Virus record (IMG/VR): IMGVR_UViG_3300046660_000488
Span: 408,640-472,639 of that record
Length of the DNA stretch: 64,000 nucleotides
Direction: 5' to 3' (one strand)
Source: a virus
This document shows, in pieces, positions 39,152 to 48,459 of this stretch (positions are counted from its first letter, which is position 1; each line of letters begins with the position of its first letter). Below the pieces are notes generated by a model. It ran no database searches, was not told the DNA's origin, and was given only the letters and a program-made list of their open reading frames with translations. The position numbers and the translations under genes were made by a program.

Positions 39152-40327
39152 ATGGAATACGGCAATATTCTTGCTCACGGTTTCTTCAAGCAGACCGCGA
39201 CGTCTTACCTTCAAGTCGCGGCAGGCACAACCGCGCAGCGTCCGGTGGCAAATGCCGCCGCAATGATCCGTTTCAACACGGACAACACCCGCCTTGAACT
39301 TCATAACGGCACGAACTGGGCCAATGTCGGCTCGGGCGACGGCACGGTCACGTCTGTCGGCCTGACCTCGAACACCGGCGGCATCACGGTCACCGGCGGC
39401 ACGATCACCACAAACGGTTCTTTCGTCCTCAATCTGGGTGGCGAACTGGCTGGACTTAACGCTCTGGCCGCCACGGGCATCGTTTCGCGCACCGGCGCGG
39501 CAACCTATACCCCGCGTCAAATCACCGCATCTTCGGCCGCAGGCGCTCAAGGGATCACGCTGACCAACGGCGACGGTGTCTCGGGCAACCCGACTGTCGG
39601 CATGTCGATCAACGCTCTGGCGAATGCCGCCAGCGTTCTGGGCACGCACACCACGGCGGTCTTCGACGGCACGAACAACGTGAAGGCCACCTTCGCGCAG
39701 ATCGCCACGTTCATCGACAGCCAGTTCGTCAGCCAAGCTGGCGACACGATGACCGGCCTGCTGGTCCTGTCGGCCGACCCGGTTGCCCCGCTCGGCGCCT
39801 CGACCAAGTCCTACGTGGACAACGCCGTCGTCTATACGGCTGGCAACGGTATCGCGATCTCGGCTAAGGCCGTCAGCGTCAAGACCACCGGCGTCACCAC
39901 CGGCATCGTCTCCAGCAACGTCGCGGTCATGTCGTCGGCTATCGCTGGCCAAGTCCTGCGTTCGACGGGTTCGGCTGCTGCTGAAGCTGCGTACGGCGCG
40001 GTTGACCTGACCAATGCCAACGCCGTCACCGGCGCTCTGGGCATCGCCAACGGAGGTACGGGCGCCACCACGGCCGCTGCTGCTCGCACGGCTCTGGGCA
40101 TTCCGGGCATCTACCGCACGGCGTTCACGAACGCCACGCTGACGGCCGGTGTCCTGACCGTGACCCACAGCCTTGGCAACAAATTCGTGCAAGTACAGGT
40201 CACTGACAACACGGACAAGGTTATCCAGCCGGACGACATCACCATGACGAGCACGACGGTGACGACCATCGACCTCACGTCGTACGGCACGCTTACTGGC
40301 ACTTGGAATGTCTGCGTCGTTGGATAA
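39152..40327 (+). CDS. tail fibre protein with a Phage_fiber_2-type repeat
   Basis: SYLQVAAGTTAQRPVANAAAMIRFNTDNTRLELHNGTNW carries the GTTAQRP...R(F/Y)N motif. The shaft is G/T/A-rich. A CTAAATAG box lies upstream. Confidence 0.65.
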   Translation: MEYGNILAHGFFKQTATSYLQVAAGTTAQRPVANAAAMIRFNTDNTRLELHNGTNWANVGSGDGTVTSVGLTSNTGGITVTGGTITTNGSFVLNLGGELAGLNALAATGIVSRTGAATYTPRQITASSAAGAQGITLTNGDGVSGNPTVGMSINALANAASVLGTHTTAVFDGTNNVKATFAQIATFIDSQFVSQAGDTMTGLLVLSADPVAPLGASTKSYVDNAVVYTAGNGIAISAKAVSVKTTGVTTGIVSSNVAVMSSAIAGQVLRSTGSAAAEAAYGAVDLTNANAVTGALGIANGGTGATTAAAARTALGIPGIYRTAFTNATLTAGVLTVTHSLGNKFVQVQVTDNTDKVIQPDDITMTSTTVTTIDLTSYGTLTGTWNVCVVG

Positions 40328-40335
40328 CTAATAGC

Positions 40336-41136
40336 ATGAGAGAAGGTGCAGCAACTACCGGGAACATTACCCAAGTATCGTCTGGCTTCTTCAAACTGGC
40401 AAGCGGAACGACGGCCCAACGGCCGTCGTCTCCGTCTGCCGGGATGATGCGCTACAATTCCGATCTTGGTTATGTCGAAATCTATCAGTTGGGCTCGTGG
40501 CAAGCACAGATCGATGCTACCCTGAGCAATGCGGCAATTCAGCTTCCGGCTGGTACGACAGCACAACGCCCCAGTCCGGCGACATCTGGGATGGTGCGCT
40601 ACAACTCGAACAACGCTCTGATCGAAACCTACGCCAACGGCACGTGGAACAACATGCCGCAACTGGGTAGCACGGTTTTGTCCGCGCAGAACCTGACGTT
40701 GCTTGACGGCAATCCGACCGGTTACATGGCCTATTGGAAGGACCCACTGACCTACAACAAGACGTTGTCGGTCATGATGCTGGCCTACCATTTCTCCGTT
40801 GCTACAGCATACAATTTGACTTGGCTTCAGATCGATCCTTCAATTACTGGCTCTACGGTCGGGTATATTGCCCCGACGAACATTACGCTGACGTTCATGA
40901 CTGCGTTCACGGACAAGGCATCCGCGAAGACGATTTCTCTGTACATCGAGGACGTCGAATACACGAACCGCGTCATCTTCACGGGTAGCGGCGACATCAC
41001 TGACGAAGCTCACTCGGCTCCGCTGAACATCGACGTTTCCGCCGGGCAGAAGATTCGTCTGCGTTGCCGGGCGTTGAACAGTTCGGACCAAGGCTCCCTC
41101 GTCTGTGCAGTCTACTTCATGACTAGAAAGGTGTAA
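40336..41136 (+). CDS. tail fibre protein with two Phage_fiber_2 repeats
   Basis: The motifs are ASGTTAQRPSSPSAGMMRYNSDLGYVEIYQLGSW and PAGTTAQRPSPATSGMVRYNSNNALIETYANGTW. The C-terminus is ...FMTRKV. Confidence 0.6.
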   Translation: MREGAATTGNITQVSSGFFKLASGTTAQRPSSPSAGMMRYNSDLGYVEIYQLGSWQAQIDATLSNAAIQLPAGTTAQRPSPATSGMVRYNSNNALIETYANGTWNNMPQLGSTVLSAQNLTLLDGNPTGYMAYWKDPLTYNKTLSVMMLAYHFSVATAYNLTWLQIDPSITGSTVGYIAPTNITLTFMTAFTDKASAKTISLYIEDVEYTNRVIFTGSGDITDEAHSAPLNIDVSAGQKIRLRCRALNSSDQGSLVCAVYFMTRKV

Positions 41137-41137
41137 T

Positions 41138-41917
41138 ATGGGTGTTATCTACAACCCTTCAACGACTGATGACGTTGAAATCGAAGACCTCGGCATCACT
41201 ATTGTGGCCGAACAGGTGTTCGATATCACTTACATCCGCCGACTGACGGTAAAGACTTCACCGGGGCTGTACAACGCGATTTCGAATGGTGTTCTGTACT
41301 ACGTTAGAGACGTCACGAATGGCGTCGTCACTACCATGTCGATCAGCGACGGTCTCGAAATGATCGAGAACGGCGTCACCGGCGCCCAAGTCGGCGTCAA
41401 CAAGCCGACTCGTCCGGGCATCATCGTCGGGAACTTTTACGGCGTCTCCACGGACGAGCCGTTGATCGACGACGACACCCCGGCCGATCACCTCAACGCA
41501 ATCGCGGTGAACTATCTCGACGAGCATTTCAACCGGATCGGCGTCTGCGTCACGACGGCGGTGGCCAATGCGGTCATCCGCCTTGGCGTCTACGAGAACG
41601 TCAACGGGTTTCCGGGCAAGCTTCTCCTCGATGCTGGCGCGGTCCCGTGCGACACGGCAGGCAACAAGGAAATCGTCATTGATTTCCACACGCCGAATGA
41701 CTGGTGCTTCCTAAGCACCCACACCAGCCATGACGTTGAAATGAAGTCGGTGACGTCTCAGAACAGTGTATTCGGCAATTCGGGTACTGATCTGACGAGC
41801 GTTGTCCGACACATCCACACCGATCTCACCTATTCAGGCGCGTTGCCGGATGTATTCCCGGCCAACGCTGTAACCTCCAGTTCGTATCCGCCGTTCGTGT
41901 GGTTCAGAAAGGTATAA
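41138..41917 (+). CDS. tail fibre tip / receptor-binding paralog
   Basis: The C-terminal region LGVYENVNGFPGKLLLDAGAV...PPFVWFRKV is paralogous to the C-terminus of the 42491 gene. Confidence 0.5.
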   Translation: MGVIYNPSTTDDVEIEDLGITIVAEQVFDITYIRRLTVKTSPGLYNAISNGVLYYVRDVTNGVVTTMSISDGLEMIENGVTGAQVGVNKPTRPGIIVGNFYGVSTDEPLIDDDTPADHLNAIAVNYLDEHFNRIGVCVTTAVANAVIRLGVYENVNGFPGKLLLDAGAVPCDTAGNKEIVIDFHTPNDWCFLSTHTSHDVEMKSVTSQNSVFGNSGTDLTSVVRHIHTDLTYSGALPDVFPANAVTSSSYPPFVWFRKV

Positions 41918-42379
41918 ATGGCAACCAGAAACGAAACATACGACGGTTCGGGCAATCTAATTTCCCTCGTGGACGACCGCGACATCAATGATGTCAAAGT
42001 TAACAAGTGGAATCAGATCAACGTCTTCCGCGAAGTCGTCCTCAATCGTGGCCTGTGGTATCTCGGATACCTCTGGAACACCGATGAGCGCAGCCGTCAA
42101 AACATCACCGGTGTCACCGCAGGCATCGCGGCGGGCATCGGCCTCCCGCCGGGCTTCACGTGGCGCGACATGAACAACAACAACGTTCCGTTCACAACGA
42201 CGAACACCGTCACCCTCGCCGGGTTGACGATGGCCTACGTGAACATGGTCTACAACGCTTCGTGGGAAATGAAGAACGAAGTAGATGCGTTGACCACTGT
42301 AGAAGAGATCGACGCCTATTCCATTCCCGACAATGCGAATTGGCCGAACGGTGATATGGACGGCTCCAGACCTGCGTAA
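41918..42379 (+). CDS. hypothetical protein, probably fibre-associated
   Basis: A 153-aa ORF. A hairpin terminator lies at 42378..42403. Confidence 0.4.
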   Translation: MATRNETYDGSGNLISLVDDRDINDVKVNKWNQINVFREVVLNRGLWYLGYLWNTDERSRQNITGVTAGIAAGIGLPPGFTWRDMNNNNVPFTTTNTVTLAGLTMAYVNMVYNASWEMKNEVDALTTVEEIDAYSIPDNANWPNGDMDGSRPA

Positions 42380-42418
42380 AACCCTTGTAACTACGGGTTT
42401 TCTTGCCGTAAAAGTTAA

Positions 42419-42426
42419 CTAAATAC
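42419..42426 (+). promoter_or_regulatory. late-promoter-like box CTAAATAC
   Basis: The box lies 65 nt upstream of ATG 42491. Confidence 0.4.
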
Positions 42427-42490
42427 CCCCTAACAATTCACTGGGGGCAATTGCCCGAACGTTCAGCGTTCGGGCAATCTTTATGAGCGC

Positions 42491-43351
42491 ATGAGAGTCG
42501 GAACAAGATCAGTCGCAGACATGTGGCAAACGTCTACTGGATATTTCCAAGTGGCCGCAGGGACAACTGCCCAGCGCCCGACGTCACCACGAAGCGGCAT
42601 GATGCGGTTCAACACCACGTTCCAGAACTATGAATACTACGCCAATGGCGCGTGGTTCCAGAGCCCCAACAACAAATACGACGGCGTCCGAGCGCCCACC
42701 GAGCAAGATTCGTCCGGCTTCGCAATCGGGAGCACATGGTTTTGGGGTGATCGTGTTTTCGTCTGCGTTGACGCGACCTCGGGCTCGGCTGACTGGATGG
42801 AAATTGCAACCGAAATGGACGTTCAGGCGGATCATCCGGGTGTCGCGATTGGTCGGTATTACGGGACTGCAACGGACGGCATGATGTCCACGTACACATT
42901 TTCGGACAGCGTTCTCTATGCGATTCCGTGTCAATTCCCGGCCGGTTACACGTTCAACCGGATCGGTGTTGAAACGATCTCTCGCCATACCGGATACAAC
43001 GTCCGCTTGGGAATCTACAGCAACGTGGACGGGTCGCCAAGTTCCCTGCTGCTCGACGCCGGTATCGTTTCGGCTTCGACGGTCGGTCTCAAGGAAATCG
43101 TCACCAATTTCACGACCGATGGCGACTGGTTCTGGCTGGTGTGCAATTTGCAGACCGACATGATCCTTCGGTCGATGAAATGCCCAAGCTGGGTCGCCGG
43201 TGGGGCGGTCCTCGGGCGGATGGTCAGCGGTGGTGATCCAGTCGTCCGGGTGTCGGCGACGCAAGCCTACGGCCCGCTCCCGTCCACGTTCCCGGCTTCG
43301 AAGACCGCTTCGGCCGACGACGCTCCCCAGCTTTGGCTTCGAAAGGTCTAA
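42491..43351 (+). CDS. tail fibre protein paralog (Phage_fiber_2 repeat plus a shared tip domain)
   Basis: The motif GYFQVAAGTTAQRPTSPRSGMMRFNTTFQNYEYYANGAW is present. The C-terminus LGIYSNVDGSPSSLLLDAGIV...PQLWLRKV is shared with the 41138 gene. Confidence 0.6.
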   Translation: MRVGTRSVADMWQTSTGYFQVAAGTTAQRPTSPRSGMMRFNTTFQNYEYYANGAWFQSPNNKYDGVRAPTEQDSSGFAIGSTWFWGDRVFVCVDATSGSADWMEIATEMDVQADHPGVAIGRYYGTATDGMMSTYTFSDSVLYAIPCQFPAGYTFNRIGVETISRHTGYNVRLGIYSNVDGSPSSLLLDAGIVSASTVGLKEIVTNFTTDGDWFWLVCNLQTDMILRSMKCPSWVAGGAVLGRMVSGGDPVVRVSATQAYGPLPSTFPASKTASADDAPQLWLRKV

Positions 43352-43791
43352 ACGCAGCGCGCGGTCGAGCGCAGCATCCAACGGTGTTTCTGGTGGGTCT
43401 CGATGCGCTCACCAAGGAAATTGGCCAGACCCTGTTGGTTCTCGTCGGTGGCCATCTGGAGCGCGACGGTCATCAGGTCGATCAACGTCTCGTGGGCTTC
43501 CATGAGGGCCAGCAGCACGCCTTGCAGGATGAACGGCTGCGGGTCGATCTCACCGACCATGCTCAGGGCGCTATAGGCCGACAGGGACGCAGGTGCCTTG
43601 GCGTCGAGCGCACGAAGCTGCTCGGCGTGGCGATCAAGTGCTTCCCACTGATCATCGTATTGATCCTTGAACATGCTGTGCAGGCCATAGAAATTCGGCC
43701 CCTCGACATTCCAGTGTGCACCATGGGTGGACAGGTAGACTGAGAAAGCGGTCGCGAGGACTTGCTGCATGATGGCGGTCAATTCTTCCAT
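43348..43791 (-). CDS. Dps-like ferritin / DNA-binding protein from starved cells
   Basis: The start was chosen at MEELTAIMQQ. LATAFSVYLSTHGAHWNVEGPNFYGLHSMFKDQYDDQWEALDRHAEQLRALDA matches the Dps ferroxidase-site pattern. A CACTAAATAC box lies immediately upstream on the minus strand. Confidence 0.6.
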   Translation of the reverse strand: MEELTAIMQQVLATAFSVYLSTHGAHWNVEGPNFYGLHSMFKDQYDDQWEALDRHAEQLRALDAKAPASLSAYSALSMVGEIDPQPFILQGVLLALMEAHETLIDLMTVALQMATDENQQGLANFLGERIETHQKHRWMLRSTARCV

Positions 43792-43881
43792 GGCCGTATT
43801 TAGTGCAGATCGTCCTTGCATTTTTCGGTCAATGTGGTATCCCAGATTGAAATTGCAGCGCTAACCAGCAGGGGTATTTCG

Positions 43882-44610
43882 ATGGCCGGGAAGATGGACG
43901 TCAAGCAATCCGACATCGACGCCTTGATGGACATGTTCGGTCCGGAAGACCTGCATCCCGATCTGGTCCATCGCATCGAAGAGCGCGGGAACGGCCACAA
44001 GGTCTTGCACCATCCGCTGATCATCGAGCCGATGTACATGCCGCAACTGCACAAGCGCATCAACCTGATGTACGCGCAGAAGACTGCCGCGCTCGAAGAG
44101 GCAATCGCGGCGCGCAACTGGCCCAGCTACGTCTACCTCCACGAGCGCCCGTACCGCTTCGACGCCCTGACCACGGTGATCTACACCTACCTCGACGGCG
44201 AGATCGACGCCAAAGGCTGGGACCTGATCGGCGGCGTCTGGGTGGACAGCGAGAACATCTATCAGAACCTCGAAGACTGGGAATGCCTGTGGGACGGGAC
44301 CGACCTCGGCGACCGCAAGGCCAGCATGAGCAAGGATGAGCAGAAAGCGTTCAAGGCCCTGCCGCCGGTGATCGACGTGTGGCGCGGATTTGCCCATGAC
44401 GAAGCCATGCTCGGGATGTCGTGGACAACCGATAAAGAACGTGCGATTTGGTTTGCGAAACGATTTGCCGCCGACTCCACTCGCAAGCCGATGCTGGCGT
44501 CTGGGCGGGTCAAGAAGAAGCACGTGTTCGCCCACTTCCTCGGCCGCAACGAGTCCGAGATCGTGACGCTGGGCGAGTACGTCGATGGCGTGACGATGGA
44601 GAAGCTGTGA
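43882..44610 (+). CDS. hypothetical protein (start uncertain)
   Basis: The ORF runs 43816..44610. The start at MAGKMDVKQ is the one past the convergent Dps gene. Confidence 0.4.
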   Translation: MAGKMDVKQSDIDALMDMFGPEDLHPDLVHRIEERGNGHKVLHHPLIIEPMYMPQLHKRINLMYAQKTAALEEAIAARNWPSYVYLHERPYRFDALTTVIYTYLDGEIDAKGWDLIGGVWVDSENIYQNLEDWECLWDGTDLGDRKASMSKDEQKAFKALPPVIDVWRGFAHDEAMLGMSWTTDKERAIWFAKRFAADSTRKPMLASGRVKKKHVFAHFLGRNESEIVTLGEYVDGVTMEKL

Positions 44611-44960
44611 GCGACCGTGACCTGAAGGCGTGGATCATCCTCCGCAAAGACTTGCCCGTCATCAACACCGAACCGACCGCCTTCAGCGTCGCCGTCGCCG
44701 TGGACATGATCCACATCGACAAGAAGGGCACGTACGGCGAATGGCTTGACGCCACCAAGGGCAACCGGAAGAAAACGATCATGAAGGTCGCCGACCTGCC
44801 CACGTTGGAGCAGATCGCCAAGGCGCTGGTCAACGCCAACGTCGAGCACGCCATGATCCACGAGAAGGGTGACGCGGTCGCAACGCCGACCACCACCGGC
44901 CTCCTGATCTACCCGACCTTCGAGTGGCGCCTGCCCTCGTTCTTGAGGAAGCCAGCATGA
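44607..44960 (+). CDS. hypothetical protein (GTG start)
   Basis: The second half of track ORF 44448..44960. Confidence 0.35.
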   Translation: MSDRDLKAWIILRKDLPVINTEPTAFSVAVAVDMIHIDKKGTYGEWLDATKGNRKKTIMKVADLPTLEQIAKALVNANVEHAMIHEKGDAVATPTTTGLLIYPTFEWRLPSFLRKPA

Positions 44961-45157
44961 GCATCGACACCGATCTCGCCGACGAACTGTCGGACGTCGT
45001 CCTTCACGTCCAGAACCGGCTGAAGGGCAACTTCGGCGGCCAAGACAACACGGTCGAAGTCGTCACCGGCGTCGTGCAGGCCTATGCCATCGTCAAGGCC
45101 TCTTATGTCGCCAAGGGCTGGGTCAAGCAACCACAGGCGCGGAGCGCGTGGGACTGA
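44957..45157 (+). CDS. hypothetical small protein
   Basis: A 66-aa ORF. Confidence 0.3.
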   Translation: MSIDTDLADELSDVVLHVQNRLKGNFGGQDNTVEVVTGVVQAYAIVKASYVAKGWVKQPQARSAWD

Positions 45158-45381
45158 TGCGGGGCCGCAAGCTCCAGACCGGCCGCTACGAGACGCGAGA
45201 AGAGCTTGAGGCCGCGATCCGCGAGGATTACCACGGCACGTCCTTCACCGTGAAACAGGTCGCCTTGCTGAACCGCTGCTCGATCCCGACCGTGCACGCG
45301 GTGCTGAACGGCAAGACCGCGATCCAGAAGGAACGGCTGGCCAAGCTGCTGGAGGCTCGTGATGCCTTGCCCAGTCTGTAG
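45148..45381 (+). CDS. small HTH DNA-binding regulator
   Basis: A 77-aa ORF. FTVKQVALLNRCSIPTVHAVLNG looks like a helix-turn-helix. Confidence 0.4.
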   Translation: MGLMRGRKLQTGRYETREELEAAIREDYHGTSFTVKQVALLNRCSIPTVHAVLNGKTAIQKERLAKLLEARDALPSL

Positions 45382-45580
45382 GTCCAACAACCTCTGGGAC
45401 GACAATCTCGCGTGGGGCTGCGACGACTGCGATTTCTTCACGACCGGTGGGATCAGCAACCGCATCAGCCCGGCTGACAAGTTCAACCAGCCTCGCGCGC
45501 CAAAGCCGATCAAGCGGGTGTGCGACTGCCGCGAGCATGGGCATCACTGCACATGCCACGTACCGGAAGTCCCCTTTTGA
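45359..45580 (+). CDS. small Cys-rich Zn-finger protein
   Basis: CPVC...CDDC...CDCREHGHHCTC. Confidence 0.35.
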   Translation: MMPCPVCRSNNLWDDNLAWGCDDCDFFTTGGISNRISPADKFNQPRAPKPIKRVCDCREHGHHCTCHVPEVPF

Positions 45581-45837
45581 AGACTCGCGTCGTCAACCTT
45601 CGGAAGTCCCGATACGACGTCTACATCGGCCGGGGGTCGATCTGGGGCAACCCGTTCGTCATCGGCAAGGACGGCGACCGCGCCACGGTGATCGCCAAAT
45701 ACTGCGACTACCTGATGCACCGACCAGACCTTCTCGCCCGGCTGGGTGAACTGAAGGGCAAGGTGCTCGGATGCTTCTGCCATCCTCTCCAATGCCATGG
45801 CCACGTGCTGGCCGAACTCGCGGATGCTTACGGATGA
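45520..45837 (+). CDS. DUF4326-like protein (start uncertain)
   Basis: YDVYIGRGSIWGNPF...GCFCHPLQCHGHVLAEL. Confidence 0.4.
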   Translation: MRLPRAWASLHMPRTGSPLLKTRVVNLRKSRYDVYIGRGSIWGNPFVIGKDGDRATVIAKYCDYLMHRPDLLARLGELKGKVLGCFCHPLQCHGHVLAELADAYG

Positions 45838-46046
45838 AAACCCACATGCAACTGGCCGACGCCATGGTCGAAGTCATGCGAGCGCGCGAAGCGCTGGACA
45901 AGGCGCGCGCCGACGAGAAATACTGGGAAGGTGGCTTCAATCACAAATGGAACGAAGCCATCGCCAAGCGCACCAGAGCAGAGGCCCGGTACGAGGCCGC
46001 CGCCAAGGCCTACGAGAACGCCGTGAGCATCTGTGTCGATGCCTGA
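45834..46046 (+). CDS. hypothetical small protein
   Basis: A 70-aa ORF. Confidence 0.3.
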   Translation: MKTHMQLADAMVEVMRAREALDKARADEKYWEGGFNHKWNEAIAKRTRAEARYEAAAKAYENAVSICVDA

Positions 46047-46374
46047 GCTACGTCCGCGCCTAAACCTCGTCTCTGAGGCTCCTGACGGCTCTGGGGCGGG
46101 CCTTGGTGGCTATCTCTGGGTGGTGCTGTCCAGACATTCCGATCCGGTGGGGAAATTCCCGATCATGGCAGGCGCCATGGAGGAATCCTTCGCGAGCGAG
46201 GCGCGGGCGATCTTCGGCGCGCGCTATCGCCTGTACTGCGGCTGGCCGCACGTGGACGTGTACAAGACCGTAGCCCTGTCGATGGCCGATACACGCAAGC
46301 CGGAGGACATCCCGGCCGACGAGGACGCCGACCTGATCGCGGCCATCGAGCGCTACAACAACTCGGAAAGCTGA
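46033..46374 (+). CDS. hypothetical protein
   Basis: A 113-aa ORF followed by a terminator. Confidence 0.4.
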   Translation: MSMPELRPRLNLVSEAPDGSGAGLGGYLWVVLSRHSDPVGKFPIMAGAMEESFASEARAIFGARYRLYCGWPHVDVYKTVALSMADTRKPEDIPADEDADLIAAIERYNNSES

Positions 46375-46389
46375 ACTAAAAAGGCCGAG

Positions 46390-46417
46390 CGCGAAGCCCG
46401 GCCTTTTCGTTGTGGAC
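46390..46417 (+). terminator. rho-independent terminator at the end of the plus-strand small-gene block
   Basis: GGCCG-agcgcgaagcc-CGGCC followed by TTTTCGTT. Confidence 0.45.
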
Positions 46418-46500
46418 GTGGTGATGGTGTTCTCCATGGCAGGTCGGCAGATCGCAAGCGATCCCCGTACGCGGAAGCCGTAGCCACCAACGCATTCCCC

Positions 46501-46737
46501 TCACGGGGCGTCTGGTCCCGCAGCCGTAGCTACGCCGTTTTCCTCGCCCGACAGCGAGTCCACGGATGGAGGAACGAAAATTTCAGGAATGTACGGACAG
46601 TAGATGCGGTTGGCTTCGCCATCCGGGCTCACGGAGTACCAAGGCCTGCGGTGGTCGATCTCGGCAATCGTCACCTCTTCGCCGTCTTGGAAGTAACGCT
46701 TGACGGTCGTCTCGCTGGCCGGAAACTTAGAAACCAC
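46501..46737 (-). CDS. hypothetical small protein
   Basis: A 78-aa ORF. Confidence 0.3.
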   Translation of the reverse strand: MVSKFPASETTVKRYFQDGEEVTIAEIDHRRPWYSVSPDGEANRIYCPYIPEIFVPPSVDSLSGEENGVATAAGPDAP

Positions 46738-46921
46738 TGGTTGCCCTATAGTCTGTGTACAGCGACTTCAGATCGCTGTCGGTGAGGCCGTACTGATACT
46801 TCGCCCATTCCGCCGATGCGGTATAGTCGCGGAAGCCTTTGACGGCGACGCCATCGACGATGATGTTGACGCTCCCCAGCACTTCACGAAGCTGGATCGT
46901 CTTGCCGTTCTTCTCGACCAT
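46727..46921 (-). CDS. hypothetical small protein
   Basis: A 64-aa ORF. Confidence 0.3.
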   Translation of the reverse strand: MVEKNGKTIQLREVLGSVNIIVDGVAVKGFRDYTASAEWAKYQYGLTDSDLKSLYTDYRATSGF

Positions 46922-46941
46922 GGGTCACTCTCGCTGTTGGA

Positions 46942-47078
46942 TGGTTTCGGGGGCGGGCTTCGAACCCGCGACCTCCCGCGCGGAACATGTCTGGCCAGAC
47001 CATGTCCCATGTTGCACGAGCGCTCTTCTCCGCCTCAGCGCCTTAACAAGGCGCCTCTGGTCCTCTGAGCTATCCCCT
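46942..47078 (-). tRNA. tRNA-like element with a GTT (Asn-type) anticodon arm, a T-arm and an encoded CCA; 137 nt long, so non-canonical
   Basis: On the minus strand: GGGGATAGCTCAGAGG... GCGCC-TTGTTAA-GGCGC (a 5-bp stem and 7-nt loop with U33). After a roughly 60-nt insert carrying a 12-bp hairpin comes GCGGG-TTCGAAG-CCCGC-CCCCGAA-A-CCA. The acceptor strands do not pair as written. Confidence 0.3.
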
Positions 47079-48392
47079 AGACGTGGGTGTGCACATATTA
47101 GGTGGCACGGGCCGGACTCGAACCAGCCTCTAGGTGACAGGCATTGTGCACATGCAAGCCACCCCAAACGGCAACCATCTGACCGCTAATCAATGGGCGT
47201 GTATACCACCCACCTTCCGCAGTCCCGCTGACGCGCCAAAGAGGTGATGCAGGATCGAAGTGGCTTCTCCCCGGCATCGAGCGTCCCGCCATCGTCCATG
47301 TCTCTCGCGCGGGTAACATGGAAAACTTTGGCCTGTGCAATTCCCGCAGCAACACCCCACTATGCTTAGGACACGCCGAAGCGCACCCACCACCGTGCTG
47401 CAACGTTTTCGCAAACGCTATGCCCGATGCCTTGCGGCAGAGCGGGAACCTGTGTTGCCCGATACGGGCGAATTTTGTCGAGGTGAAGCCTTTAGGTCAG
47501 CCTTCACGTGTGCTGTCCACGAGTGCGGCCTACCCCTAAACGGTGGCGGCTCCGTCTCGCGTACGTCTTCACCTCGAATCCGCCCTAGTCCATGCGCTCA
47601 GAGGCCTCATCGGCATGGAGGGAGGCGAATATGGTAGAGAACGGTCGGAAGTCTCTCCGACATGCTCCGGTGACCGGAGTGCTTTAGCCGTAACCGCCCT
47701 AGCCTCGTTGTATACCCAGCGCGACGAGGTCCGGACCTCATTGTCACGCCTTCGTCTGGCAACCTTCAGGTGGAGTGCGCTTATTAAGCTACGTCCTCGT
47801 CTCTTGTGCTCATACGAGCAAAACTCTGGCGGCACGATTGGAACCGGAAATCGAACCTTCACCGGCGATCTTGCGACCGCCTTCCAGTGCCCTCACGAAC
47901 ACTGCCAACTCGTTTCACTGTCAAGTCACTGGGCAATTACTCCAGATCGTCTGTTGCGAGTGCGAGGACCCTACCTCGTAGTGCCGCCGTCGTCGGGGGT
48001 TTCGTCCCAAAGCGAGTCTGGGGATCGAACCTGCCGATTGGTGTGCCTGTTCAGGCAAATTGTGGGGAAGGCATGGACAAGCCATGCTCTGATCCTCGTG
48101 GACCATTCCAATCCCCGGTCTACCCCATCTTCATGGCCAGAAGAATGGCCTGTGGCAGACTTTTCGTGTTGCCCATTGCGGGCGAAAGGTGACGGACTAT
48201 GGACTTTTACCCCGGCTTTTTCGTACAGGTGGTTCCGCAACGCCCGTACACCGCATTCTCATGCGTCAGCTTCACGCACGATTTTCTCAACGAGAGGATC
48301 AGCGACTGTTCTTTCGCAAGTCTGGCAGTTTCACCGCCTAACTGATCTTCTCGAATTATCGCATGGCGCGCGGGAACCACGTTCGTCCCATA

Positions 48393-48459
48393 CATTCGTT
48401 CGAGGGTTCGAACCCCGGACCTCCGCTTCCGCGACGCTCTCCCACTGAGCTAAACGACC
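48393..48459 (-). tRNA. tRNA-like element (D-arm and T-arm canonical; anticodon region too short)
   Basis: On the minus strand: GGTCGTT-TA-GCTC-AGTGGGA-GAGC ... CGGGG-TTCGAAC-CCTCG-AACGAAT. Six of seven acceptor pairs form. Only 18 nt lie between the D-stem and T-stem, where about 22 are expected. Confidence 0.3.

Noticed and set aside
45148-45837. Assigning a specific regulator identity (for example MotA, AsiA or late sigma) to the small HTH and Zn-finger ORFs.
   Set aside because: No diagnostic motifs are readable by eye. Only generic HTH or Cys clusters are seen.
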